A stretch of 63,376 bases of DNA, filler included, from Globobulimina sp. (lineage: Eukaryota): the NCBI GenBank assembly GCA_003354225.1. It is 31 parts of 31 records of this genome, joined end to end, with 100 filler letters (N's around TTAATTAATTAA, not from the genome) between each part and the next. Parts side by side here need not be neighbours in the genome. Positions count along the whole stretch, not along the records: positions 34,825 to 36,772 come from PIVH01010312.1; positions 36,873 to 38,819 come from PIVH01010313.1; positions 38,920 to 40,866 come from PIVH01010314.1; positions 40,967 to 42,913 come from PIVH01010315.1; positions 43,014 to 44,960 come from PIVH01010316.1; positions 45,061 to 47,007 come from PIVH01010317.1; positions 47,108 to 49,054 come from PIVH01010318.1; positions 49,155 to 51,100 come from PIVH01010319.1; 23 more parts are not named here. One strand, written 5' to 3'. The notes under the pieces are model-generated. The model saw only the letters and a program-made list of their open reading frames with translations, had not been told where the DNA came from and ran no database searches. Shown here in pieces: positions 36,692 through 49,209 of the stretch. The translations under genes and the position numbers were made by a program. How positions within the stretch are numbered: the first letter of the stretch is position 1; each line of letters starts with the position of its first letter.

Positions 36692-37241
36692 CGTGTATCG
36701 TTAATTATATACACATATTCTACGTGTATTTCCGAATAAGGCGCTATTTTTTGAGCCCAAAAAATGGTTTTTNNNNNNNNNNNNNNNNNNNNNNNNNNNN
36801 NNNNNNNNNNNNNNNNTTAATTAATTAANNNNNNNNNNNNNNNNNNNNNNNNNNNNNNNNNNNNNNNNNNNNCATGTTGTTGATGATGCACAGTTTATAT
36901 GACATGGGTCACCATCTCGGCAATTTAATATCTTACCTTTACATATATCTTTTTCATTACAACTAAAAAAATATAACGTATAAATGTTTTTTTTTAGTTT
37001 ATGATAAATATGTAAAAATTATACTTGAGTATGCATGTTTCTCCAGGTGTTGCTATGGATGAACAATTGCATTGATTGTCAGTTCCACAATCAATAACGT
37101 CGCTATTTATAGTGTACATCATTGAAATAACAAACAGAAACACTGAAAGCTTGTCTGCCATGATCCAAACTGCTACTTCCGATTTTTTAAATATAATACT
37201 ACTTACAAACTAACAAAAAAAACCACCTTCATCAGTTTATC

Positions 37242-38819
37242 ATGTTATCATACAAGTTGAGATTACTTGCTCATAGAACACAAAGAGCAGTACCTTTATT
37301 CACTACACGAGTTGCTCGGACCTCGTCCTATATTAAGCGGCACATTGGCCCATCAGAAGAGAAAAATGAATACAACACCATGCTAGAAACAATAGGCTAC
37401 TCTTCCATCGATGATTTTCTTTCCGATGTGATCCCATCCCATATTCGCTTAAATGAATCTGAAATGTCCAACATGGAACAAATCATCGGTTCAGGCGTCG
37501 AAGAGCACCAAGCTCTCTCCGAATTATACACGAAAATGAGTGCAAACAAAGTGTATAAATCGTACATCGGTATGGGATATTATAACACGTACACACCCAC
37601 TCCCATATTACGCAACATTATCGAAAATCCTTCCTGGTACACCCCTTACACACCATACCAAGCGGAGATATCTCAAGGACGCTTGGAAATGTTGCTTAAC
37701 TTCCAAACCATGTGCAGCGACATCGTAGGCAAAGAAATCTCCAATGCTTCGTTATTGGATGAAAGTACCGCTTGCGCAGAGGCCATGACTATGTGTTTAG
37801 AGATCAATAACAAAAAATACACTCCTTCAGATCCCCCCATATTCCTTGTCAGTGCCAATATGCATCCTCAAAATATAGCAGTCATCCAACAGCGTGCACA
37901 ACCAATCGGTATACAAATAAATATCATCAACGACCATGAATTTATCACAGAAATGAATTCCGCTGCAAACCACAACATATTCGGTGCGATATTGCAGTAT
38001 CCAGATACCTATGGCAATGTGCTTGAGAATTTAGATGAAGTCGTTGCCACTGCACACTCGAATAAAATTAAAATGGTGACTGCTACGGATTTACTGTCCA
38101 ATATATTGCTACGGCCGCCAGGCGAGTATGGCGTGGACATTGTCGTAGGTAACACGCAACGCTTTGGCGTACCATTAGGTTTTGGTGGGCCACACGCCGC
38201 GTTTCTTGCCTGTGATACAAAGAACATCCGTAAGATGCCGGGCAGAGTGATTGGTGCCACGCGCGATACGCGCGGCAAATATGCATTGCGTATGGCGTTG
38301 CAAACGAGGGAGCAGCACATACGGAGAGAGAAAGCGACGAGTAACATATGCACAGCACAGGCGTTATTGGCCAATGTGGCGGCGGCTTATGCCATTTATC
38401 ATGGACCCAAAGGCATTTATGATATTGCACGAGGTGTACACGATAAGACCGTGATATTAGCGAATGGGATAAATCAGAATGAACGGTATCAGGTAGTGAA
38501 CAATGTGTACTTTGATACGATTACGATAGAGACACGCGATGCCAATGCGTATGAGCTGTTGCAGAGAGCAGAGGACAATGGGATCAATTTCCGAAGCATT
38601 GACGAGAGATATTTAGGTCTGTCTGTTGATGAAACGACGAGTATGGCCGATGTGAGTAAGATATTACAGGTGTTTGAGTGTGGAAATGTATGCGATGCCG
38701 ATATGAGTGCAGTTATACCAGGTTTGTAAAAAAAAATGCCTTCTTTGCACAGAACAGAAACGTCTGACAATTGTAAAATAACAGAGAGTTTACAGCGAAG
38801 GAGCGGGTATTTAGCACAT
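37242..38819 (+). CDS. GLDC: Glycine dehydrogenase (decarboxylating), glycine cleavage P protein, mitochondrial, N-terminal half
   Basis: RHIGP, SYIGMGYY, WYTPYTPYQAEISQGRLE, QRFGVPLGFGGPHAAF and LQTREQHIRREKATSNICTAQALLAN; Arg-rich transit peptide; intron 38722-38784. Confidence 0.97.
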
Positions 38820-38919
38820 NNNNNNNNNNNNNNNNNNNNNNNNNNNNNNNNNNNNNNNNNNNNTTAATTAATTAANNNNNNNNNNNNNNNNNNNNNNNNN
38901 NNNNNNNNNNNNNNNNNNN

Positions 38920-39290
38920 TTATCAATCAAACATATCACTGCATATCTTCTTGTTTTAATCATCATTTCTCAAAATCTATTTAAACATCGACAATTCTCA
39001 CTTTTTACACTTATGGGTCCATGCATTTATGTGTCTGAATTACTGTAAGAATAAACAAATAATCGCATATTAAAAACAATATTAATAAATAGCGTGCAAT
39101 AATATCATTTATATGTTGACATCTTTTCAAGTGTAATTCTGACTTGCTTTATTTTTTGCTTTTGATCACATTGAAAATATAAATCAATTTCACCCATAAG
39201 TGTAAAAAGTGAGAATTGTCGATGTTTAAATAGATTTTGAGAAATGATGATTAAAACAAGAAGATATGCAGTGATATGTTTGATTGATAA
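38920..39290. repeat. Perfect 99-bp inverted repeat (38920-39018 / 39192-39290) starting at the contig edge
   Basis: Direct comparison shows exact reverse complements separated by a 173-nt spacer. Confidence 0.92.
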
Positions 39291-39631
39291 CAATAAGCAA
39301 TTTAGTTGATTATTGCATGAATAAGCAATTTAGTTGACAATTTAGTTGAAAAAACACACAAACAAAAATAATACAAATATAAGTACTAAATTAAAAAACG
39401 TTTTTGGCGGCACGGTGCAATATCCTCGGGGTTGATAACAAAAACAAAAATCCCCTATCACCATTCAGCTTAAGTGCCGATTAAATCGCATTCTCGTTCC
39501 GCATAATCAATATGTGCTTTGTTATTCAATCTTCTCTACACATATCTTCTTTTTTTTTGGTTTTATTTCATCACATAAATGAGCACACTGCAAAAGTTTT
39601 TAATATTAGTGTTAACGGTTAACCTCAAAGC

Positions 39632-40189
39632 ATGGACAAATTATGGTACAACACAGATTTAAACAGTGGTCATCATCAACAACATCAGCCCATTTGGTTG
39701 TCAATATGTTCTAAAATGCAGCGCCGTGACGAAAGAATGCATGAAATGACTCAAATCAACGTAGACAGCAAACATATTAAATTATTGTGTGTATTACTAA
39801 TGGTGGCATCAGGAATATTAACATTTTTAGGTCGTGGAACATTGGGCTTAATACAAGGCGTAGTCGGAGTAATTGCAGGCATTGAAGGATACTACGGAGC
39901 AATGGAATATTCCATCAAAAATATAAAATTATTACTATTTTATTTATTTTTCTCCACATTATTTTGTATCACAATTGGTGTTTATTCTCAATATTCAACA
40001 GAATCATATTGCAATGTTAAGGGTGAAGTTTCTAAACAACAATGTGAAGCAACTATATTAACATGGACTATTTTATATCTTTCGATTGGATTGGTGTTCA
40101 ATGTGGCAATGTTCATTGCGGTACTTCGATTTTATTGGAAAATCAGAAAAATAAACGCTACAAAAATTGTCCGCCTTGGTTACATATGA
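39632..40189 (+). CDS. Four-TM membrane protein (tetraspanin-like topology)
   Basis: Four hydrophobic segments, with a C-x10-C loop between TM3 and TM4. Confidence 0.65.
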   Translation: MDKLWYNTDLNSGHHQQHQPIWLSICSKMQRRDERMHEMTQINVDSKHIKLLCVLLMVASGILTFLGRGTLGLIQGVVGVIAGIEGYYGAMEYSIKNIKLLLFYLFFSTLFCITIGVYSQYSTESYCNVKGEVSKQQCEATILTWTILYLSIGLVFNVAMFIAVLRFYWKIRKINATKIVRLGYI

Positions 40190-40463
40190 TAGTCCATTTG
40201 GGGCTAATATAATGTTCAAACTCTTGCACCGCAGTTAAAGCTACGTGGAGTCGGATATGAGATTCCCGACTAAATTTGTTACTGTACCTTGTCTGCTTCA
40301 AGTTAATATAAATTGTAAGAAATCCAGCGTTTTCTATTGAATATAGCTTTAGTCTGTGGGAAATTCATTATATCTCCTTCCCATCTATCGAAATCTGGTA
40401 AAGGTGTTAGTATTGTGTCGACTTGTTGTGTCATGGCAGAAACGATCGGAAATTTAGTTAAAA

Positions 40464-40866
40464 TTAGAAATTCCCAAGGTGGGATTTTTGCAAGCTCAGA
40501 TTTTTCATACAAGTTTTTTTTACTTGTTCTTTATCCCGTTCCATATGATTCTTATAAAATGCTCGCAAAGTTATAGATAACAGAGCATGTCGATCATAAT
40601 CAATCAACCGCTGTACTGATGTTTCCTTAAATACATCAATAGCTCGTTGGGCCACAGTCTCTCGACTGGATAGCATACATTGTGCTAATTTATGAATTAC
40701 AGGAACTAAGAAAATGCTCTGTCGTGTGTGATGACCAATGCATCGACCACATTCACGCAGGCCATGATGAATATTTCTTCTTTTTGTGGTGAATGTTTGG
40801 GTCAAAATCGTAATAAACCATTCAATATCACAACAACACTCTCCATGTCTTTCTCAACGAAAGTGA
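40464..40866 (-). pseudogene. PP2A B56 (B') regulatory subunit-like pseudogene fragment
   Basis: FVEKD...GLLRF*PKHSPQKEEIFI with TGA at 40802-40804 where Trp is conserved, then a frame change to LAQCMLSSRETVAQRAI. Confidence 0.7.
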
Positions 40867-41193
40867 NNNNNNNNNNNNNNNNNNNNNNNNNNNNNNNNNN
40901 NNNNNNNNNNTTAATTAATTAANNNNNNNNNNNNNNNNNNNNNNNNNNNNNNNNNNNNNNNNNNNNATTCTAACACGTTTTGTCAACAGTCACCTTTTCG
41001 AGTCTATGCATGCAGCTTGTACAACACCTGACATCTAATGAACAATCATAAGACATGTTTGTCAGTTAGTGAAATATCAAACTTTTAAATGCATTCACCA
41101 GCAGAAAGACAATAATGGTGTTTTATTCATGATTTTTGTTTTTGATATTATATTATTTGGTTGTCATCATCCATCAAGGTGGACTACAGGAGA

Positions 41194-41458
41194 GGGAAGG
41201 AAAATAGGTTATAAATAAAATGTTAAACGATAACATTTTATTAATAATGTTAAAAACATTTTTTTGACCCATGATTAAATATGAAATGTTAGTTTATTTG
41301 CGAGTATGTTTTTTTAGAAATCGAAGCGATTAATTAGAGTTTTCGTTTTTAACATTATATGAAAAACCTTAAAAATGTTCACTAAGAATCCAATGAATTC
41401 ACTAGCTTATAGATGGGCAGCCCTTTTAACATTATATTTTTAACCTGTTTTCCTTCCC
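41194..41458. mobile_element. 265-bp MITE-like element with about 34-bp imperfect TIRs
   Basis: GGGAAGGAAAATAGGTTATAAATAAAATGTTAAA versus the reverse complement of TTTAACATTATATTTTTAACCTGTTTTCCTTCCC (3 mismatches); internal AATGTTAA/TTAACATT subrepeats. Confidence 0.6.
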
Positions 41459-41659
41459 AGGATCGAAGAGTGGTTTTCCCAGAACTAGCTGAAATTGAAA
41501 ACGGCTTTTTGGTTATTTTTTCTTGTTTATTCCACGAATTTATTGTAAATGTAAAAATTTAAATAATAAATAATCTCAATTCTCAACACAAAAATGGAAA
41601 AAGTTAATAGTTTTAAAAAAATGTTCCCCAAACAACTCTAAGTTAAATTTAGTGAATAA

Positions 41660-42839
41660 TCAAAAATCAGCTTCCAATGTAAACAAATCCGAAGAATTGT
41701 TTTCTAATCCAGACATAACTCCGGCTTTGGCATATTCACCAACCCGTCTTTCAAAGAAATTGGTCTTTCCCTGAAATAAAGCCAAAAAAAAGAAAGAAAG
41801 AAATAAAATCTATACAGAATACAAAAACAGAGTGGTAAATAACTTGTAATGATATCATTTCCATCCAATCGAATGGATTTGGAGTGTTGTATATTTTTTT
41901 ATGTCCTAAGGCATGACATAAGCGATCCGCTACAAACTCAATATATCCCCTCATCAATTTCGAATTCATTCCAATCAAATCAACCGGCAATGAATCGCAG
42001 ATGAAATATTGTTCGCATTCGACAGCTGAGCTTATAATATTATTAATAGTCTCATCATCCAATTTCTCTTTACATAATTTATATAATAAACAGGCAAAAT
42101 CAGTGTGCAACCCTTCGTCCCTGGCAATTAATTCATTGCTAAATGTCAGGCCTGGCATTAACCCCCTTTTTTTCAACCAAAATAAGGCGCAAAAGGAGCC
42201 ACTGAAAAATATGCCTTCCACACAGGCAAAAGCCACTAATCTCTGCACAAAGGCGGTGTCCATATTCATCCATTTCATGGCCCAGTTTGCTTTTTGTTTG
42301 ATACAATCGATGTTATCCATGGCGTTGAATAGTTCCGTCTTTTCCTTTTCTGATTTGATATACGTATCAATTAAAAGCGAGTACGTCTCACTGTGCACGT
42401 TCTCCATCGCCGCTTGGAAGGCATAAAAACATCTGGCTTCGGGTAACTTGACATCGTTTATAAAATTAGAGGTCAAATTCTCTAAAACGATGCCATCGGA
42501 GGCTGCAAAAAAGGCCAATACGTATTTGATGAAATGCCGCTCTTTTGCTTGTAATTTGACCCAATCTTTGTGGTCGTCGTGCAAATCGACCTCCTCTGCG
42601 GTCCAAAACGAGGCCAAATGCTTCTTGTACATTGACCAGATCTCTTTGTTGGAGATTGGAAACAAAACAAATCGATTCTTCGATTCGATGCATAATGGCT
42701 CTGAGGCGTCCAGTGACGACGGATATTTCTCTGCGTTGCCTAATTTAATCTCATCACTCTCTGTTTTTCTGTTGAATGCGAAGACGGCGCTTTTTGCAGA
42801 ATCTTCACTCATTGCTGTTGGCGACTGTTCGGTTTGCAT
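41660..42839 (-). CDS. RRM2: Ribonucleoside-diphosphate reductase small subunit (class Ia beta), intron 41771-41843
   Basis: [48 protein letters not shown] and [11 protein letters not shown]; the spliced C-terminus reads [17 protein letters not shown]...FTLEADF. Confidence 0.97.
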
Positions 42840-43502
42840 TCTTCGGCTTAATTTGCAAGATATAAATTAGAAAAGTGTTTTAGAAAAAGTTAAAAGTAAA
42901 AAGTAAGTAAGTANNNNNNNNNNNNNNNNNNNNNNNNNNNNNNNNNNNNNNNNNNNNTTAATTAATTAANNNNNNNNNNNNNNNNNNNNNNNNNNNNNNN
43001 NNNNNNNNNNNNNACATCGTCTTTATACGATTCTATAATATTCAGACCTCTACTTTTTGTGAAACATTTTGGTGTAATAACTAATGTTGCTCCACTTTTG
43101 GTGTAGGAACTTCCCATTATCACAGCGCATGAAAACCAGTTTGAGACCTATTGTGTACCCAAGACAAACCTATAGCAAACCGTTTCTAGTATAATTGTCA
43201 AATATATATAACTTATCGACCAGGGGGGGGGTTATCTTTTGGAATATATCATGAGTTTTGACTTTTGATAAGTAACATAACCGCCCGAGGTCAGATAACC
43301 CGCCCAATCGATCAATATAAAGTTTGCATTGGGTTTGTAAAAAACCAATTGCAAATGTACAGTTTGTATTCACTTTGCAAACCCAATGCAAATTTTCTTT
43401 GCATAAAATCATCTACAAAATATCGACCAGAGGGGCGTTATCTATTAAAACTCATCGTTAACTACTAATCATCAAAAATCCAAAAAACTTTTCTTCACGA
43501 CA

Positions 43503-44960
43503 ATGTCGCTGAAATTTAAACCTAAAACAAAAAGCAATAAGTTTGACACAGTAGAATTAATCCCATCCGCAGATAATTATGGCAAACCGTCCAAAAAGGC
43601 ATCCAGTAAAAGTAAAAGTAAAAGTAAACGGGCATTGCCTTCATTCGCCGAAGAACAGCATAAAGCATTAGACACCTCAATAAATATAGGAACCGGACAT
43701 GGCGCTTCTGAAAAAGAAAGCGATTCCACAAATGGTCACTGTCAGAACAACAATGACGACAACAACGACCCGGCCAAATTAAGGGCGACCCATTCAGACG
43801 TCTCCGCATTAGACGACGACGAGTTGGACGCCTTAGACGAGCAAGGCGTGCATACCCCGGCGAAATTCGGTACCTTTGATGGTGTGTTGGGCCGTTGTTT
43901 ATTGTGCATGTGGGGCGTCATCATGTTCCTACGAACCGGATGGATTGTGGGCAATGCCGGCATCTGGCAAACCACGCTAGTGATGATCTTATCGGCGTCC
44001 ATCACCATGTTTACCACCTTGTCCTTGTCCGCCATCTGTACCAACGGCGAAATCTCGCACGGCGGGCCGTATTTTCTTATCTCCCGCTCTCTCGGTACGT
44101 GCCTCCTATCCTAGCACTGACAGTGCGATGCAGTGTCTTTTTGTTACCCCGCCACGAAAAACAGGGCCTAATTTGGGCGGCGTGATTGGTTTATTATTTG
44201 CTGTGGGTAATTGTGTCGGCGTCGCCTTGCATTTGGTGGGCTTTGCCGAGGCCATCACCTCCTTATACTCCAACTCCTTCTTCTTCGGCTTCGACATCCA
44301 ATTAATAGCTGAATTCGGTTTGATTATATTAATGGCCATCTCGTTGCGCGGCGTGGGCTCCATTATCAAGTTCAACTTATTTTTGTTGTTCCTGATGTTC
44401 GTATCGATCATCGCCTTTTTTATCGGCACTTTCATGGACAACACCGCCAAAGAAAGGGTGGGATTCACCGGCTATTCGTCGCGAACCTTTGCCAAGAACT
44501 GGGACTCTGCCTATTTGCCCGGATACAGCTTCCTGACCATGGTGGCCATTTTTTTCCCGTCGGTCACGGGCTGCATGGCCGGCGCCAACATCTCTGGCGA
44601 TTTGAAGAAGCCGTCGGTGAACATCCCGGTGGGCACCATTGCCGCGGTGGTGTTTAGTATGGTGGTCTATGTGGTGATTGCCTGGATGTTGGGCGCCTGC
44701 GTAGAGCGCCAAGTGTTGGACGCGAGCGGAGAGCACATCGCCGGGACGGGGCTGTATTGGAACTATATGATAATGAGCGATATCTCGGTGTGGCGGCCCT
44801 TGGTCGATATGGGTTAAGTGTAGTACATCTACGCAGTATACACTGAGATATATGTATTTTGTATGATATGTAGACTTTTTGCCAGGTATATATGCGAGCA
44901 CATTCAGCTCCGCCACGTCGTGGTTCGTGGCGGCAACGCGCATTTTCCAAGGAGTTTGCG
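43503..44960 (+). CDS. Cation-chloride cotransporter (SLC12 family), N-terminal part, multi-exon
   Basis: KFGTFDGVLGRCLLCMWGVIMFLR, SLSAICTNG, GGPYFLISRSLG|P and FFPSVTGCMAGANISGDLKKP; intron 44095-44164 and a second from about 44813. Confidence 0.93.
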
Positions 44961-45176
44961 NNNNNNNNNNNNNNNNNNNNNNNNNNNNNNNNNNNNNNNN
45001 NNNNTTAATTAATTAANNNNNNNNNNNNNNNNNNNNNNNNNNNNNNNNNNNNNNNNNNNNTTCCTCCAATCGTTGGGACTTTGTCCCGCTAATTATCAAA
45101 TACAAACACGGGTTTGTGTTCAAATAATAATGTAACAATAAAAGCATTGAATATTAAAGACAGTGCAAACAATATA

Positions 45177-46967
45177 TTATAATCGCAAGAACGCTTTTCT
45201 TTTTTTCACAAAATTAGAAGTCAAAGCAATCAAATCACTCAAACATTGTCTATTCATGAGAAATTTTTTTGGTCGCGATCTGCCGATTACTTCCATCACT
45301 AATTTCTTATTTGAATCATTATTTGTTTGTCCTTCATTACTTTTTTTATTTGATAAAAAAATATGAATTAACAATCGTTGCAATGAATTATGATGATGCT
45401 GATGATGATATGTTGTTGGTATAATTAATATGAATAAATGAATCGGAGAATGTGAGTTAATAATATTTAATGAGATTGTGAGATGACCGATTTTATGATT
45501 ATTTTTACAATATTCAACAAATGATTTGAATGACACATTTGAATCACCACAAATTACGGCAGAATGAAGCTTATTTAATATTACATTTAATTCATTCTCT
45601 TCTTTTTGTGAATTTGCCAAATATTCCTGAACCACATATTTTAATGGCCATCGCCAATAATATTTGCGTAATTTCTTTAATTTTAATATATCGATCATAG
45701 CAATTGCATCACTACGCTCTTTCGATACAATACCATTAATAATCGATGCAAATGTTAATTGACAGTCTGGCAATACATACCATAGAGAGACAATATCGGT
45801 TATAATCTGTACCAATGATACTTTCATTGCATTGCAAATTAATAAATATTTTAAATCCATACACTTATTATTATTATCGTTATATTGTTGATCCAATTTA
45901 TCCGAAAACGACCATCTGTGACTTGTTTGATGCTGATTTTTTTTCTCTTCATATTTTTCTTCTTTTAGTTGATTATATGGTGCAATAACGGACGGCCATG
46001 GAGTTGATATAGAAGCAGAGAGCGATGTAACTGGATAAATAAATGTCTTTGTTTGTTCCTGTAATGGACTGCAGCTTACAATATCCAATGAGAATGATTT
46101 ACTCATTGGGGTATTAATTATTTGTGGTGACGGTGATTGTGAATTATTTACATGCGATGTTGGCATTATATGCGGTGTGTTGCAGTTGGATACAATTATA
46201 TGATGTGATGCATCTGCAATATTATTATTATTAGATGCGACAAATGGTGCATTCAGATATTTAGTTATATCGTCATCAATGTGTGATTTATCAGTGGCAA
46301 ATTCTATTTTGTTTTTATTTGATTTTTCTAGATAGAATGCATTAATATTCTCTTTACCAAAAATAAGAATAATAATGGCACAGTTTGTTAATTTTGAATG
46401 ATACATTTTATTCGAATACCTATGACCTAAAAAAGTAAAACAATGATCATGGGATACAATAAATGCCATATTTGATTGGTTTGTAATTGATTTGAATCCA
46501 TACATTGTGAACCACTCAAATAATGGTGTCATATTAATAAAAATATCTTTTTTATCCACATATTTTCTATGCTTTGGTATTGCTATTTCGTACAGTAATA
46601 ATATTGCATCATTTTCTTTGAGTGCTTCTTCATTTCTATGTAGTCCATGTATGGTGTTTTGCCAATTAATGTCTGTCAATGGAATCGCAAACTCATTATT
46701 TAACATTTGGGCCAGGAATTGTTTACACCATTTTGATACAAATAATGTCAAATCAGTCGATATGGTCGATTGTAAATCTTCCAATATATTTCGTAGATAT
46801 TCTTGTTGGATTTTTAACGAATATGCTTCCGAAATCTCTCTGTTTAAACAGGATGTAAATGGCGTTTCCGGCAATAAATAATAGCAAAATCCGATTTTGC
46901 AGTCAATCAAAGTGGGAACAATTAATATTTGTTTTGTGATATTATCCATTTTAAATTTATAGACCAA
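45177..46967 (-). CDS. Hypothetical eukaryotic protein
   Basis: 596-codon ORF in AT-rich DNA; no recognised domain. Confidence 0.6.
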   Translation of the reverse strand: MVYKFKMDNITKQILIVPTLIDCKIGFCYYLLPETPFTSCLNREISEAYSLKIQQEYLRNILEDLQSTISTDLTLFVSKWCKQFLAQMLNNEFAIPLTDINWQNTIHGLHRNEEALKENDAILLLYEIAIPKHRKYVDKKDIFINMTPLFEWFTMYGFKSITNQSNMAFIVSHDHCFTFLGHRYSNKMYHSKLTNCAIIILIFGKENINAFYLEKSNKNKIEFATDKSHIDDDITKYLNAPFVASNNNNIADASHHIIVSNCNTPHIMPTSHVNNSQSPSPQIINTPMSKSFSLDIVSCSPLQEQTKTFIYPVTSLSASISTPWPSVIAPYNQLKEEKYEEKKNQHQTSHRWSFSDKLDQQYNDNNNKCMDLKYLLICNAMKVSLVQIITDIVSLWYVLPDCQLTFASIINGIVSKERSDAIAMIDILKLKKLRKYYWRWPLKYVVQEYLANSQKEENELNVILNKLHSAVICGDSNVSFKSFVEYCKNNHKIGHLTISLNIINSHSPIHLFILIIPTTYHHQHHHNSLQRLLIHIFLSNKKSNEGQTNNDSNKKLVMEVIGRSRPKKFLMNRQCLSDLIALTSNFVKKRKAFLRL

Positions 46968-47107
46968 ACAATCAATTAATCGAAATACACTCTCAATTTT
47001 ATTTTCCNNNNNNNNNNNNNNNNNNNNNNNNNNNNNNNNNNNNNNNNNNNNTTAATTAATTAANNNNNNNNNNNNNNNNNNNNNNNNNNNNNNNNNNNNN
47101 NNNNNNN

Positions 47108-49054
47108 TTTAATAATAACACCGTATCCGAGAGCATTGTGAATGGTGAGAATGTTGGAGATATTGAATGTGTTGGCTGTCGTATACACAATAATTCTGCA
47201 GATTATTTATTTTCAATCACGCAAAGTGGAGCATTTAAATGTGGTAATTGTGAAATTTATGATAATTCCAAATCAAATAATGCCATGACAGCCTTATTTG
47301 CATTATCTGGTTCAACGGATATTACATTCAATGCAACAAATATTAAAAATTGTAAAGCACAAAGTGCTATAAACGTAACTGCGGAGACTGGCGATTTTAA
47401 GATTATATCCACAAATATTGAAAACATTAAATTAGGAACAACATTAATACGAATAGGACAAACAAATGGCATTGAATGTAGAGATAGCTCCTTTGACAAT
47501 AATACGGCTGATTTTATTATTGATGCTGTTACGTTTGGCGCTGTCGATATGTATAATTGTGATATGAGTGAGAATACATTGAGTCAACTCGCCGTTAATA
47601 TATTAATGAATAATAACGATTCTCAGTTTGAAAAATGTGATTATACAAATAATAAAGCAGTCGGATTATTACATATTAGCGACACCGCAACGTGCAACCT
47701 GATAAACAATACCTTTACACAGACAGAGTTTGATGGAGATTTAATATTATTGGATGGCTCAAATTCGGGGCATCTAACATTTACTAGCAATACAATTGAG
47801 AATAATCAAGGTCTCTCATTAATGACTATTACAGACTTTAATAATATTAATTTGGATCAAAGTTCTATTCAAAATAACGATGTGTCGATGCATTTAATTG
47901 CTGCAGCATTCATTGACGCGATTACTGTCAATGCAGTCACCATCAACAATAATAATGCAACGGAAATATTGAGTGTTTCTGGAAACAGTAATTCTGGAAA
48001 TGCGATATTAACAAATTCGGAAATTACAAATAATAATATTGGTGCTGTTGATGGCGGATTGCTTTTGTTATTTGATTCGTTTATCAATTTAGAAGTAATG
48101 AGCGTTGATTTTATTAATAATTATGGTGAATATCTGATTAAATCCTCAGTTTCGGATAACGTAACCATTGAGAATGTAGATTTTGATTCAAATGACATTC
48201 GATTTGTTATTTTAGAGATATTGGCAAATAATGGTTCGTTTAGCATGACATCCAGCAAAATTACAAATACAGTAAGCAGTATGACACAAAGTATTGAAGC
48301 ATTGGTTGGAATAACGGGAATTAGTGCGGTATCAATATCATCAGTGAATATTAACAATAATTATGCCAATAAATACTTTGATTTTAATGGAAAAGGAAGT
48401 GGTGAATTAGAGATTGATGAAACAGTGATAATGAACAATATTAATAATGGCCCGGCAATAAATAATGTATTAATCACAGCAAATGATTTTACAAATTGTA
48501 ATATAAGAAATTGTGCGTTAACCAATAACATTGGTGGAACATACTTATTTTCTTCGCAATTGAATGGATATTTAAATGTAATTGATTCACAATTTAGTAA
48601 TAATAAGATGGACAACACATTAATGCATTTTATTGGTATAACGGAGCTATCGGTGATTAATATGAGTACAATAAACAACGAAGCACCAAATCAACTGCTT
48701 TTTAGTGGTAAAGATGAGGGTGATGTGAATGTAAATAATTTTATCTTTGAGTATAATAATGAGAATCTTTTGGTTGATGGCGAAATATTAATATTATTTG
48801 ATTCATTCATTAATTTGAACGTAGATAATTGTAATATATTTACAAATGATGGCGACTATTTATTTAAAGGCACGCTGTCCGGAAATATTTCATTTAATAA
48901 TTGTAATATTGATAAGAATGATATTGATGAAGGCATTATATCTATAAATGGTGGCGGAAGCGGTGATTTTTCATTTACATCGTCAAATATTACACGTAAT
49001 CGCAATTTAAACGGACTTATATCGCATTCCACCGCTTCATTGATCAATATAACA
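47108..49054 (+). CDS. Parallel beta-helix (pectin-lyase-like fold) repeat protein, internal fragment
   Basis: Asn/Ile-rich repeats of roughly 22-30 aa ending in F/I-x-NN; open across the whole contig. Confidence 0.8.
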
Positions 49055-49209
49055 NNNNNNNNNNNNNNNNNNNNNNNNNNNNNNNNNNNNNNNNNNNNTT
49101 AATTAATTAANNNNNNNNNNNNNNNNNNNNNNNNNNNNNNNNNNNNNNNNNNNNAAGGTAAATTATATATAATTTGAAACATGGATGGTTATTTTCTGTA
49201 TTTGGCACT

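Noticed and set aside
39293..39349. Short tandem ATAAGCAATTTAGTTGA copies
   Set aside because: A small local duplication with no evidence of function.
11937..40804. Stop-codon reassignment (TAA at a Glu site, TGA at a Trp site)
   Set aside because: Both genes carry additional lesions. Conserved genes (GLDC, RRM2, PP2C, nocturnin) have no in-frame stops in exons, and those with complete 3' ends terminate at TGA or TAA.
41660..42839. Viral origin of the RNR small subunit
   Set aside because: It has a spliceosomal intron, an N-terminal extension and a typical eukaryotic C-terminus, with no viral neighbours.
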